Shown here piece by piece: positions 51,281-61,709 of a stretch of 64,000 nucleotides of DNA (the first letter of the stretch is position 1; each line of letters starts with the position of its first letter). The notes under the pieces were generated by a model that saw nothing but the letters and a program-made list of their open reading frames with translations, was not told where the DNA came from and did not search any database. Both the position numbers and the translations under genes were made by a program. Source of the DNA: Dehalococcoidia bacterium (GTDB lineage: Bacteria > Chloroflexota > Dehalococcoidia > Lucifugimonadales > CAYTFF01); contig OZ252215.1 in assembly GCA_965249025.1 (NCBI GenBank), positions 622,600 through 686,599 of the forward strand. The letters are read 5' to 3'.

Positions 51281-53182
51281 ATGGTACAAGGTATTGCTAA
51301 TAAAATTCTAAGGGTTGACCTCACCAACTGTACTACCTCAATAGAAGAGCCTGAGGAAAATTTCTATCGTAAGTATCTAGGTGGCACTGCTTTCGTTGCT
51401 TACTACTTCCTCAAAGAGTTCAAACGTGGTACGGATCCTCTTTCTTCTGACAATATTCTTATCTTTGCTTCAGGGCCAATGACTGGCACGCCTGTGCCAG
51501 GAGGTGCCCGAAACTGTGTCGGGGCCAAGTCTCCTCTCACTGGAGGCATAGCTAAAAGCGAGGTGGGTGGATTTTGGGGATATGAGCTGAAGCGGGCTGG
51601 TTTCGATGGCATAATAGTCAAAGGCAAGGCAGATCACCCTGTATACCTTTGGATAAAGGATGGGGACGTTGAGATCAGGGACGCTTCTCACCTTTGGGGT
51701 AAGAGGGCAGACGAGACTCAAGATGCTATCGAGGCAGAGCTAGGAGAGCGCTTTGTACGTAGTGCGCTTATTGGCCCCGCAGGCGAGAAGATGGCATTAA
51801 TCTCATGCATTATGGTCGACCTTCACGATGCCGCTGGTAGAGGTGGGCTGGGGGCTGTCATGGGGTCTAAGAATTTGAAAGGCATTTCTATCAAGGGTCG
51901 TAAGGTGCCTCAACCAGCCAATAGAGAAAAATTCCTTGCGCTTGCGAAATGGATGAATAATAACTATATGAATGTGGGAGCCAAAGGCTTTCATGACTTT
52001 GGCACTGGTGACAATCCCCTAATGATTGGCGGCAACAAGATAGGAAACCTAGCGGTGCGGAACTGGGGGGATGGCGATTTTCCTGAGGTGGAGAAGATTA
52101 CCGCCGAGACTCTCAAAGATACTATTCGGGTAGACATGGAAGCGTGTCCTGCCTGTCAGGTCCGCTGCAAGAAGGTAGTGGAACTAGAGAATGAGAGGTT
52201 TAAGATAGACCGCAGGGCGGGGGGGCCGGAATACGAGACCCTGGCTGGATTTGGCTCATTCTGCGGAATCGATGACCTCGAGGCTATCAGCAAGGCTAAT
52301 GAAATATGCAACTTCAACTCGCTGGACACCATCTCAACCGGGGTTACAATAGCTTTTGCCATGGAGTGCTTTGAGAATGGGCTGCTTACTCTGGAAGACA
52401 CGGGAGGCATAGACCTGCGATTTGGCAACGCCGCTATGGTCAAGGTAACTGAATTGATAGCTAACAGGGAAGGCATTGGAGACTTGCTGGCCGATGGCTC
52501 GAGGAAAGCGGCTGAACAAATAGGCAAGGGCACAGAGGAATTTGCCATGCATGTCAAGGGAGTTGAGATGGGCATGCACGAGCCGAGGCTAAAGCAGGGG
52601 CTTGGCATTTCTTACGCCATCAATCCTCATGGCGGTGACCACATGTCGGTTCACCATGATACGGCCTATGCGCAAGAGGGCCCTGGCATTAATAAGCTAC
52701 GTAGCCTGGGTATAACGGACCCGCTGAAACCCAACGACTTGAGTCCAGACAATGTGGCCGCTGTGAAGCAATCACACCTTTCGCGGTTGCTGAACGACTC
52801 TCTGGTTATGTGCCACTTTGTGCCCTGGTCTTTGAACCACGAGGTGGAGCTGATGCAGTATTTGACAGGATGGGACTTTACTGCCGTCGAGGCCATGAGG
52901 GTTGGGGAGAGGGTAGCTACCATGAGCCGCGTCTTTAACATGAGAGAGGGACTGACTGCGGCTGACGACAGCCTTCCCAAGCGCTTCTTCTCGCCCACTC
53001 CGCGAGGAGCGTTGAAAGACACGGCAATTGACCCTAAGGCCTTCGATTCCGCGGTTCACACCTTTTATGAAATGATGGGTTGGGACTCTGAATCAGGACT
53101 GCCGACCAATGATAAGCTTCAGGACCTGGGTATTGGCTGGGTGGAGGAGGAGATTGCCGAGATGAGGCTAGTGGCTTCTTAG
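51281..53182 (+). CDS. aor: Tungsten-dependent aldehyde:ferredoxin oxidoreductase family protein (copy 1)
   Basis: KSPLTGG, AGRGGLGAVMGSKNLK, CPACQVRC, GPEYET, DTIS, GGDH, LPKRFF. Confidence 0.92.
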   Translation: MVQGIANKILRVDLTNCTTSIEEPEENFYRKYLGGTAFVAYYFLKEFKRGTDPLSSDNILIFASGPMTGTPVPGGARNCVGAKSPLTGGIAKSEVGGFWGYELKRAGFDGIIVKGKADHPVYLWIKDGDVEIRDASHLWGKRADETQDAIEAELGERFVRSALIGPAGEKMALISCIMVDLHDAAGRGGLGAVMGSKNLKGISIKGRKVPQPANREKFLALAKWMNNNYMNVGAKGFHDFGTGDNPLMIGGNKIGNLAVRNWGDGDFPEVEKITAETLKDTIRVDMEACPACQVRCKKVVELENERFKIDRRAGGPEYETLAGFGSFCGIDDLEAISKANEICNFNSLDTISTGVTIAFAMECFENGLLTLEDTGGIDLRFGNAAMVKVTELIANREGIGDLLADGSRKAAEQIGKGTEEFAMHVKGVEMGMHEPRLKQGLGISYAINPHGGDHMSVHHDTAYAQEGPGINKLRSLGITDPLKPNDLSPDNVAAVKQSHLSRLLNDSLVMCHFVPWSLNHEVELMQYLTGWDFTAVEAMRVGERVATMSRVFNMREGLTAADDSLPKRFFSPTPRGALKDTAIDPKAFDSAVHTFYEMMGWDSESGLPTNDKLQDLGIGWVEEEIAEMRLVAS

Positions 53183-53252
53183 TGTAGGCTCTATAAAGCT
53201 GTGCTGTGGTGGTTGACATATGGACGATGTAATTTGTAATTAGGGAGTAGCT

Positions 53253-53486
53253 ATGCGTGTAGTGGTTGAGCTACAAGGCGAGTTAAAAACATATACCAGG
53301 AGTGACCAGAAGAGGTTTGAGGTAGAACTGCTGGACAATGCCACAGTAGGCGATTTAATCGAAGAGCTTGGCATCACCAAGAATGTAGAGTGGAGCGCTG
53401 CTCTGGACGGCCAACTGGCCTACCCGGAGGATTCCTTGAAGGAAGGCGTTGTAGTGCTAATATTTCCTCCCATAGCGGGGGGTTAG
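53253..53486 (+). CDS. moaD: MoaD/ThiS sulfur carrier
   Basis: 77 aa ubiquitin-like protein ending FPPIAGG, between two aor genes. Confidence 0.85.
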   Translation: MRVVVELQGELKTYTRSDQKRFEVELLDNATVGDLIEELGITKNVEWSAALDGQLAYPEDSLKEGVVVLIFPPIAGG

Positions 53487-53518
53487 AGGATATCAAGAAG
53501 TAAAAAAGGAGGCGATTA

Positions 53519-55447
53519 ATGGTACCGGGTCTTGCAAACAAGATATTAAGAGTTGATCTTACAAATCGCACTACGTCCGTGGAAGAGCCAGACGAGAACT
53601 TTTATCGGAAGTATCTGGGAGGCGCTGGGTTTGTAGCATATTACCTATTGAATGAACTGAAGAAGGGTATAGACCCACTATCTCCAGATAACATCTTGGT
53701 ATTTGCGGACGGGCCGCTAACTGGCACCCCCACGCCGGGTGGGGCGCGCAATTGTATCGGGGCCAAGTCGCCACTAAGTGGGGGTATTGTCAAGAGCGAG
53801 GTGGGAGGATTTTGGGGTCATGAGCTGAAGAGGGCCGGTTTCGATGCTCTTATCGTAACAGGGAAGGCAGATAGTCCTGTATACCTCTGGATTCACGAAT
53901 GGATTCACGAAGGCGAGGTAGAAGGCAAGGTCGAGGTAGAGATCAGGGACGCGTCTCATCTCTGGGGGAAGGATGTTCTAGAGACCCAGGACCTCATTGA
54001 GGAGGAGCTTGGGGAGCGTTTTGTTCGCACCGCTACCATAGGTCCTGGAGGAGAGAAGCTTGCCATGATCTCGTGCATCATCACCGATGTTCGTAACGCA
54101 GCTGGTAGGGGTGGCCTAGGTGCGGTGATGGGATCGAAGAACTTAAAGTCCGTTGCAGTCAAGGGTCGTCAGGTGCCCAAGGGAGCCAATCAGACCGGAT
54201 TCTTGGATCTATCGCGATGGATGAACAAAAACTACATGGACGTTGGCGGTAAAGGCTTCCACGATCTAGGTACTGGCGGCGATATGATAGAGAAAAACGA
54301 GACAGGTGTTCTGGCTATACGCAACTGGGGCGATGGATATTTTGAAGAGGTGGAGAAGTTAAACTCACAGACGCTACGTGATACCTATCGTGTGGCTATG
54401 GAAGCTTGCCCAGCCTGTCAGGTCCGCTGTAAGAAGGTGGTAGAGCTGGAGAATGAAAAGTATAAGGTCAACAAACGAGCTGGTGGGCCGGAGTATGAGA
54501 CCCTAGCTGGATTTGGCTCCTTCTGCGGAGTTGATGACCTAGCTGCAGTCTGCAAGGCTAATGAAATTTGCTCCTTCTTGTCGCTGGACACTATATCTAC
54601 CAGCGGCGTTATTGCCTTTGCCATGGAGTGCTTTGAAAAGGGGCTGCTTACTCTGGAGGATACCGGTGGGATTGACCTTAGATTTGGCAACGCCGATGCT
54701 ATGGTGAAGGTAACTGAGTTGATTGGTAGGCGGGAGGGCATTGGCGACCTCCTGGCTGATGGCTCAAAAAAGGCGGCGGAACGCATTGGAAAAGGAGCCG
54801 AGGAGTTTGCAATGCAGGTGAAGGGCATTGAGTTTGGCATGCACGAGCCGAGATTAAAGCAGGGATTGGGCATCGCCTATGCTGTGAACCCTAATGGGGC
54901 AGACCACATGACATCTCTTCATGATACCCAGATCGTTTCCGAAGGTGCGGGTATGAATAAGTTCCGCGGCCTTGGTATCACGGACCCGCTGAGGGCAGAT
55001 GACCTGGGCCCGGCCAAGGTGTCGGCTATCATGTCATCCCACTTCTGGCGTCTTTTCGGCGACTCCGCGGTTTTCTGTCACTTTGTGCCCTGGACTATTA
55101 ATCAGCATGTTGACCTTCTTAGTAAGCTGACTGGGTGGGACTTTACCACCGTGGAGGCTTTGAGGGTAGGGGAGAGAGTGGCCACTATGATGAGGGCCTT
55201 CAATATGAGGGAGGGTCTCACTGCTGCGGATGATACTCTGCCCAAGCGTTTCTTCTCGCCCACGCCCAGAGGCCCGCTGAAGGACAAAGCATTAGATCCA
55301 GTAGCCTTTGACCAGGCAGTCCATACATTCTATCGAATGATGGGCTGGGACAGCGAAACAGGCTTGCCTAACACGGAAAAGCTGGCAGAGTTGGGTGTTG
55401 GTTGGATAGAGGACCAGATATCCTTTCTGAGAGCTGCCGTGGCCTGA
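53519..55447 (+). CDS. aor: Tungsten-dependent aldehyde:ferredoxin oxidoreductase family protein (copy 2)
   Basis: Same motifs as copy 1 (GADH). Colinear paralog with a short in-frame insertion. Confidence 0.92.
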   Translation: MVPGLANKILRVDLTNRTTSVEEPDENFYRKYLGGAGFVAYYLLNELKKGIDPLSPDNILVFADGPLTGTPTPGGARNCIGAKSPLSGGIVKSEVGGFWGHELKRAGFDALIVTGKADSPVYLWIHEWIHEGEVEGKVEVEIRDASHLWGKDVLETQDLIEEELGERFVRTATIGPGGEKLAMISCIITDVRNAAGRGGLGAVMGSKNLKSVAVKGRQVPKGANQTGFLDLSRWMNKNYMDVGGKGFHDLGTGGDMIEKNETGVLAIRNWGDGYFEEVEKLNSQTLRDTYRVAMEACPACQVRCKKVVELENEKYKVNKRAGGPEYETLAGFGSFCGVDDLAAVCKANEICSFLSLDTISTSGVIAFAMECFEKGLLTLEDTGGIDLRFGNADAMVKVTELIGRREGIGDLLADGSKKAAERIGKGAEEFAMQVKGIEFGMHEPRLKQGLGIAYAVNPNGADHMTSLHDTQIVSEGAGMNKFRGLGITDPLRADDLGPAKVSAIMSSHFWRLFGDSAVFCHFVPWTINQHVDLLSKLTGWDFTTVEALRVGERVATMMRAFNMREGLTAADDTLPKRFFSPTPRGPLKDKALDPVAFDQAVHTFYRMMGWDSETGLPNTEKLAELGVGWIEDQISFLRAAVA

Positions 55448-55482
55448 CGATTTGGGCTTCAGGTAACAACCTACAGACTGAT

Positions 55483-55518
55483 AAACTACCCCACTTTATA
55501 CGTAAAGTGGGGTAGTTT
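55483..55518. terminator. Bidirectional terminator between aor2 and the PAS kinase
   Basis: AAACTACCCCACTTTA-TACG-TAAAGTGGGGTAGTTT, 16-bp perfect stem with a UACG (UNCG) loop. Confidence 0.75.
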
Positions 55519-55587
55519 CTTTGAAAGCGCTGATCATGGGATCTAGGTTGAATTGCCGTAGGGGTAGGTAGTGCGAGTAAGATTGCT

Positions 55588-57078
55588 TTAGATAGGAACA
55601 CGGACAGTGACCCTGGTTCCCATTTTGGGGCTGGATTCTATCTGAAATTCTCCGAGGAGCAATTCAGTCCGTTCTTTCATTCCGAGGAGGCCCAAATGGC
55701 TAGAGGCTACGATGTCACGTGCTCCAGTTGGTAGGTTGAAGCCCACTCCGTTGTCTTTTACGTCCAGGATGACTTCACTATTTGAAAAGGATACAACTAG
55801 ATTGACTTGAGACGCTTGCGCATGGCGTTCTACGTTTCTTAGCGCCTCTTGAGCAATGCGGAACAGTCCGAGCTCTATGTCTGAAGACAGACGTGTCTCT
55901 TCTCCTTTAACCTGCAACTTGGCGTTAATTACAGTCTGTTCGGATAGGTCTTCAAGTGTCCTTCGTATGGAGGTGACCAGACCTAGATCGTCTAAGATTG
56001 GGGGTCTGAGGGCTTTGGCGAAGTCCCTTAGGTCCCTTACGGTCTCTTCAGCAGTTCGCCTGGCCTCGTTTAACTCGTCAAGAACAACAGGAGGCAAAGT
56101 CTCGCCAGCACTTTCCAGGGAATCTAGCTTGCGACAAAGGAGGATGAGGCCTTGGACTGTATCATCGTGCAGTTCTTGGGCGATTCTCTTGCGCTCATCT
56201 TCTTGGGCTCGAAGTATATGTGCTGTATATGCCTTGAGTCCTGCTCTACGATGTAACTCCTCAGTAATGTCCCGGAGAAGCACCTGAAAGACCGGGTTTC
56301 CTTGGTGATTGCTGATCCTTGTCAGGGTAGGCTCCAAGTAAACTTGGCCGCCATCTTTTGACTTGAAGTCTAGATGGATGTCTTTGCTTATGTCACCCGC
56401 AGAATGGTCGAGGATTTTCTTCGCCTCTGAAGTTCCAACCAGGGCAGATATGGTGGTACCTATTAGCTCTTCAGTGGTTCTGATGAATAGTGCACCAGAG
56501 GCTGGATTGGCATCTAACACGATGCCCTCAGGATTCAGGACAAGCACAGGGATGGGGCTGGAGTCGAAGAGACCGCGGTACTTGGACTCGGAGGCTCTCA
56601 GTGCGGCACTGGCCTCTTCTGCGCGTCTCCGCGCCCCCATCTCTCTGTCGACTCGGTGTCCCACAAAGATCGCTACCGCAATAACTATGCCAAGTTGGAA
56701 GGTCTCCGCAAAGCGATCTGTGCCGGGGTGCAGCCATGCAATATTAGGGACTGAAAGTATGGCACACCATATGGCAGTGGCGATAGATCCCGCGAAGCCG
56801 AAATTCAAGGCTGCATACACGACCGGGACAAAGAAAAAAGATATGGGTATGAGGGTTGGAATATCGACCTTGCCAGGAGAGTACTCCACCCACTCAAGTA
56901 GGCTATGTACAATGGCAACTAGAAGCACAAAGACCTGCACCGCCCAGAAGCGCCAATCCCTAAACCGGGGACGATAAGGGAAGAGTTGTCTCTTCAGATA
57001 GAAGAGCCATCCAGTGAGGTTTGACTCAAGGTTGCCCATCGAGGGTTTCATGAAGACCCCTGTCCTCTGTACCGTCAC
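55588..57078 (-). CDS. Membrane PAS / HisKA_3 sensor kinase (intact)
   Basis: TM region, YRGLFDSSP PAS, EDERKRIAQELHD, EALRNVERH, DNGVG. Confidence 0.9.
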   Translation of the reverse strand: MTVQRTGVFMKPSMGNLESNLTGWLFYLKRQLFPYRPRFRDWRFWAVQVFVLLVAIVHSLLEWVEYSPGKVDIPTLIPISFFFVPVVYAALNFGFAGSIATAIWCAILSVPNIAWLHPGTDRFAETFQLGIVIAVAIFVGHRVDREMGARRRAEEASAALRASESKYRGLFDSSPIPVLVLNPEGIVLDANPASGALFIRTTEELIGTTISALVGTSEAKKILDHSAGDISKDIHLDFKSKDGGQVYLEPTLTRISNHQGNPVFQVLLRDITEELHRRAGLKAYTAHILRAQEDERKRIAQELHDDTVQGLILLCRKLDSLESAGETLPPVVLDELNEARRTAEETVRDLRDFAKALRPPILDDLGLVTSIRRTLEDLSEQTVINAKLQVKGEETRLSSDIELGLFRIAQEALRNVERHAQASQVNLVVSFSNSEVILDVKDNGVGFNLPTGARDIVASSHLGLLGMKERTELLLGEFQIESSPKMGTRVTVRVPI

Positions 57079-57749
57079 ACTTTGTCCTGGTCTAACGATA
57101 TCCAGTGCTGGGATGCTGCATATAGGATGGCCTCAATGCGTGAGGTAACATTGAGCTTGGTCAGTATACTGCTCAGGTGTCCTTCCACGGTACGTACGCT
57201 TATGCCGAGATTTTCTGCGATTGCCTTGTTTCGGAGTCCTTTGGCGGCGAGGTCTAGTACCTCTAACTCACGTTGACTGAGCTCTTCGACCGCTTTCCGT
57301 CCCCTTTCCATGGATGACTGGCGGCGACTCCACAGGCGGGCCACTTTCATGGCAATGGCTGGATGCAGAACAGGCTTGCCTATGTTGATGCTACGTACTG
57401 CTTCAATCAGTTCGTTTGCTCTTACCGTTTTGAGGAGGTAACCAGAGGCGCCGGCTTCCATCAGTGCCAGAATGTATTCGTCATCGTCGTAGGCGGTTAG
57501 GATAAGGGCTTTGGTGGATGGGGAGCAGGCCTTCATGCGTCGTACTACTTCAACACCGCTGAGGCAAGGCATGCGAATATCCAGGATGGCGATGTCTGGG
57601 CGCAGGCATTTTATCAGTTCCAGTGCCTCTTCGCCGTTACCCGCCTCGCCGATCACCTTGAGGTCGTCCTGTTGCTCCAGAATCCGTCGGGTTCCGTCAC
57701 GGACCAAGGAATAGTCTTCTGCTAGGACGATACGTATAGGTTCTGTCAT
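57075..57749 (-). CDS. NarL/LuxR-family response regulator
   Basis: LAED, ILDIRMP, GYLLK, LSQRE...TVEGH. Start chosen at ATG 57749. Confidence 0.9.
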   Translation of the reverse strand: MTEPIRIVLAEDYSLVRDGTRRILEQQDDLKVIGEAGNGEEALELIKCLRPDIAILDIRMPCLSGVEVVRRMKACSPSTKALILTAYDDDEYILALMEAGASGYLLKTVRANELIEAVRSINIGKPVLHPAIAMKVARLWSRRQSSMERGRKAVEELSQRELEVLDLAAKGLRNKAIAENLGISVRTVEGHLSSILTKLNVTSRIEAILYAASQHWISLDQDKV

Positions 57750-57786
57750 GATCCACCCGCTTCCCTCTGATTGTACCATCATATTG

Positions 57787-57825
57787 CACTCCTAAAGGAG
57801 TGTGAGCACCTGTTGTCGACAGGTG
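57787..57825. promoter_or_regulatory. Two adjacent inverted heptamer sites in a divergent promoter
   Basis: CACTCCT-aa-AGGAGTG (7-2-7) and CACCTGT-tgtcg-ACAGGTG. Confidence 0.55.
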
Positions 57826-57965
57826 TTTTCACGTGCTTAGAACAGGGGCTTATTCGGATGTGGTGTCTTCCAGATACGCTTCATACTATGCATGAGACGA
57901 GGAAATGGTCTCAGAGGGCTAGTCTGTCATGAGAGTTTGTGAAACAAATAACAACCTGTTGAACA

Positions 57966-58877
57966 ATGGATAGGGAAGAGAACTACCGCAAGTGGCAATT
58001 AAGCCGTCGTAAGCTTCTGAAGTTGATGGGCGCCGCAGGAGTAGGCGCTATCGCCGCGCCTCTCTTGCCATCTCTCTTAGAAAATGCTTCCGGAGCTACG
58101 TCTTATGAACATGCTCCAGAGGTAAGACGACTCCGTCGCTGGGGGATGATCATAGACTTGCGGAAGTGCGATGGCTGCCAAAGCGTTGGACTGCCTCCCC
58201 AATGCACGACCGCTTGTATAGAGGGTCACTTTGTCCCTGAACCCATGGAGTGGATTGAGGCCTATGAACACGAGCTACCTGGTGAGGGGACATTCTTCCT
58301 ACCTACACCGTGCATGCAGTGCCAGAACCCCCCTTGCGTGAATGTTTGTCCTGTAGGGGCCACCTGGTCCACACCAGAGGGTGTCGTGCTGATAGACCAA
58401 AATCGGTGCATTGGCTGTCGCATGTGCATGGCGGCCTGTCCTTATGAACGGCGATTTTTCACCTGGGGGGAACCCGCAATTCCTCTAGAGGCTCTATTTG
58501 TGGAGTACAGCCCTGAGCACTCTACACCTGTGAAGAGAAATGTGGTTTCCAAATGCGACTTCTGCCCGGAGATGGCCCGTGCCGGGCGGCTACCCTTCTG
58601 TGCTCAGGCGTGTCCCAACAACGCAATATATTACGGCGATTTGGAGGAGGACCTGGCAACCAATGGTGTAGAGGTCGTGCAGTTCTCCAAGTTCATCTCG
58701 AAGAACACTGCGTATCGTTACAAGGAGCATCTGCGTACAGAGCCTCGGGTTTACTACATTCCCGGTTATGGGCAAGAGGTAGGTCGTACTTCCAACCAGA
58801 AGGGGCGCAAACCTGTTGAATGGAAATGGACCAAGGTCAAGGAAGGAGCAAAGAGGTGGAAGCACTCCGGCCGATAG
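57966..58877 (+). CDS. Tat-exported 4x[4Fe-4S] protein (NrfC/TtrB/QrcC-like)
   Basis: SRRKLLK twin-arginine signal. CDGC...CTTAC, CMQCQNPPCVNVCP, CIGCRMCMAACP, KCDFC...FCAQACP. Confidence 0.9.
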   Translation: MDREENYRKWQLSRRKLLKLMGAAGVGAIAAPLLPSLLENASGATSYEHAPEVRRLRRWGMIIDLRKCDGCQSVGLPPQCTTACIEGHFVPEPMEWIEAYEHELPGEGTFFLPTPCMQCQNPPCVNVCPVGATWSTPEGVVLIDQNRCIGCRMCMAACPYERRFFTWGEPAIPLEALFVEYSPEHSTPVKRNVVSKCDFCPEMARAGRLPFCAQACPNNAIYYGDLEEDLATNGVEVVQFSKFISKNTAYRYKEHLRTEPRVYYIPGYGQEVGRTSNQKGRKPVEWKWTKVKEGAKRWKHSGR

Positions 58878-60226
58878 ACTACAAAGCCGAGCTTGAAGAA
58901 CGTGCTGCGGCCCCATTGCGTCGAACCAGCAGGGGATACCTCATACTAATGGGTGTATTGCTTGTGATCATAGCGTGGGGCGCCTATACGTATTCTATCC
59001 AGCTACGAGACGGCCTGATAGTCACAGGTATGCGGGATCACATCTCCTGGGGTCTCTATATAGCTATGTTTGTCTTCTTCATTGGCGCCAGCATGGCTGG
59101 CACATTTACGTCGGCCATTCTTCGTATCACCAGGGCACCATGGCGCACTCCAATAATACGTTCGGCTGAGATGGTGACCGTGGCGGCGTTGATAACGGCG
59201 GGCCTGTTCATCATCTTCGACATGGGAAAGCGAGAGAGGCTTCATAATATCTGGCTTTTTAGTCGGTGGGAGTCGCCCCTAATATGGGATGTCCATGGCA
59301 TGACAACTTATCTAATGGGTAGCGTCGTCTACTTCTATGCCGCCCTTATTCCGGATTTAGCTTACTTCCGAGACAAGATAGGGGTGCAGGCATCTCCTTT
59401 GAGGCGCTGGCTCTACAAGACCCTTTCTATAGGCTGGCGTGGCACTCCTTCTCAACGCCATCACCTTCAAAGGACAATGACCATTATGATGATTCTGCTC
59501 ATCCCCGTAGCGGTGATGATGCACTCAGTTACCTCCTGGATCTTCGCCATGACCCTCCGAGAGCCGTGGGACAGCCCGGTGTTCGCCGTCTTTTTCGTTG
59601 GCGGCGCTATATATTCAGGAACGGGAATCATAATCATACTTCTGGCAGCAATGAGAAAAGCCTATAAGCTGGAGAACTTCATCACTCATCGGCACTTCTA
59701 CTATTTGGGACTCCTCTTGGTAGGCATGGCGTGCATCATGTTCTTCTTCAATTTGAGCGAGCTCCTCACTCACGCATACAAGCTCAGAGGAGATATGACA
59801 ACTCACCTGGAAGAATTGTTTCAAGATGGTATGGCTCCCCTCTTTTGGACCTACCTGTGGGGTGGCATTATAGCTCCTATGGTTCTAATTCTGTTGCCTT
59901 ACACTCGAAACATCAAAGGCATAGTGACCGCGGCCGTTTTGGTGAACCTGGGGATGTTCTTGGAGCACTACACCATTGTGGTTGGCGGTCTGCGGCTGCC
60001 GCTGAATCCTTACGAGCTGCCCAGCTATTTCCCAACGTGGAATGAGTGGTCTCTTATGGCCGGTGGAATAGCGATCTTTATATTAATTCTCATGATCCTG
60101 ATGAAGTTGGTGCCCAATGTAGCACTCACGGAGATGCTGGAAGAGAACGGCATAGAAAGCAAAGCAGCAGAATCACCTAGACCCTTTGGAGAGCCTAGTC
60201 CACAGCCATCTTCAGGAGGCGAGTGA
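58856..60226 (+). CDS. NrfD/ActC/QrcD-family quinone-interacting membrane subunit
   Basis: WGLYIAMFVFFIG, DMGKRER, SPLIWD, MHSVTSWIF. Likely GTG start at 58856. Confidence 0.88.
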   Translation: MEALRPIDYKAELEERAAAPLRRTSRGYLILMGVLLVIIAWGAYTYSIQLRDGLIVTGMRDHISWGLYIAMFVFFIGASMAGTFTSAILRITRAPWRTPIIRSAEMVTVAALITAGLFIIFDMGKRERLHNIWLFSRWESPLIWDVHGMTTYLMGSVVYFYAALIPDLAYFRDKIGVQASPLRRWLYKTLSIGWRGTPSQRHHLQRTMTIMMILLIPVAVMMHSVTSWIFAMTLREPWDSPVFAVFFVGGAIYSGTGIIIILLAAMRKAYKLENFITHRHFYYLGLLLVGMACIMFFFNLSELLTHAYKLRGDMTTHLEELFQDGMAPLFWTYLWGGIIAPMVLILLPYTRNIKGIVTAAVLVNLGMFLEHYTIVVGGLRLPLNPYELPSYFPTWNEWSLMAGGIAIFILILMILMKLVPNVALTEMLEENGIESKAAESPRPFGEPSPQPSSGGE

Positions 60227-60783
60227 TGCTCCGTAAAGTGCTTCTTGCAGCAGTTCTCCTCTGCATTCTAGGCTCTTTGATGTCTGCCTCTGCCCAAGGA
60301 CCAGAACCGAACCTAACTCTGGGGTTTCAATCAGAGGGGTCAGTGGGTAGCGATATAGCCCTGGGGCGCTATTTGATGGATCCGGCAGGTAACCCTATTC
60401 GCGATGTGGAGATAACCTTCTTCATTGACGCAGATTTCATGAACACCATTGATAATATAGAGATAGGAACTATTAAAACCGATGAGAACGGACTGGCCTT
60501 AATACGATATACCCTCAAACAGGAAGGCGAACGTACTATCACCGCCGAGTTTGTTGGTAATGAGATTTTTGATGCTACAAAGGCATCAGAACCCCTCAAA
60601 GTAGTTCCAGGGCCAGAGACCTATGTAGAGGAGAGGCCCTTCCGCATGCCGGGTGCGAATATCACAATGGTAGCCATAGTGTTAGTTGGGGTATGGGGAC
60701 TGTACCTTATAGCGGTATTGCGATTTTGGTACATCAGTCGAGACAAAGCGGCTGCGAAGGTGGAAGAGGAGGCTAGTCAGTGA
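60223..60783 (+). CDS. Signal peptide + Ig-like domain + C-terminal TM anchor, function unknown
   Basis: [12 protein letters not shown]...ITAEFVGN (Big-like); a hydrophobic C-terminal helix. Confidence 0.6.
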   Translation: MMLRKVLLAAVLLCILGSLMSASAQGPEPNLTLGFQSEGSVGSDIALGRYLMDPAGNPIRDVEITFFIDADFMNTIDNIEIGTIKTDENGLALIRYTLKQEGERTITAEFVGNEIFDATKASEPLKVVPGPETYVEERPFRMPGANITMVAIVLVGVWGLYLIAVLRFWYISRDKAAAKVEEEASQ

Positions 60784-61651
60784 GACGCTTCCTTGTACCC
60801 GCCATGGCTACTGCGACGGTAGTTGGGGTCGGGCTGATATTATCCTTGTGGCTGCCCTCAGGCCGTGGACTGATACTGACAGAAGCTACGATACACACCT
60901 GAACTTCCAGGATGAGGTCCCCGAAGACTATACGCGAACAAAGGTTACTGCGGTGGAGTTGACTCCCAGTGCGCCCATTGGATGGGAGGTTGTTCGGAAT
61001 GGAGCCTCAGTTGCTGACCGAGGTTTAGTCTTATATGTGGCTCGTGGATGTGCCAGTTGTCACGGTCTTGGTGGGACAGGTACAAGCGTGGGCTCTTCAG
61101 TTCTCGGTGCCAGCGAGCGGAAGGTCACGCGATTAATACGGGATGGTAGCGGGGGAATGCCCGTCTACCACCCTAACGACCTGAGTGACCAGGAGATACA
61201 GACTCTTGCTGGTTACATTGCCTCCTTAGGCCCTGCTCCAACTGAGACGCCTATTTTTGGAACACCTACGGCAACACCCTGGCCTAGCCCTACACCTACC
61301 CCTGCGCCAAAGCCTACGCCGACTCCAATACCCACTCCTTCTTCTACTCCCGAACCAGGGACGACTCCAACTCCTACACCTGTGCCCACCGTAAGTGATG
61401 CAGAGATCAAAGCTGCTCAACAGCTTTATATAGACGTTGGATGCGACATATGCCATGGAAAGAGTGCTGAGGGTGGGGAAAAAGGGCCAGAGCTGAAAGG
61501 GTTTACTGCAGAGGATATTAGTAAGGCTGTGAGGGAGGGGATCCGCAATCAGGCTTCCAAATATCCGAGAGAAATGGAGCGATATACCACGAATGACCTG
61601 ACTGACGAGGAGCTTGAGCAACTAGTCAAGTATCTCTTAAGTCTAAAGTAA
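60780..61651 (+). CDS. Membrane-anchored diheme cytochrome c with a Pro/Thr linker; 1-nt frameshift in the anchor near 60840
   Basis: CASCH and CDICH. GTG 60780 ([20 protein letters not shown]) continues after a -1 shift as ILVAALRPW in ORF 60848-61651. Confidence 0.8.
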
Positions 61652-61709
61652 GTTCAGCGGGTGAGAATCGCCGCTTTGAAGATAGATAAATATTATTTGG
61701 AGGACAAGA

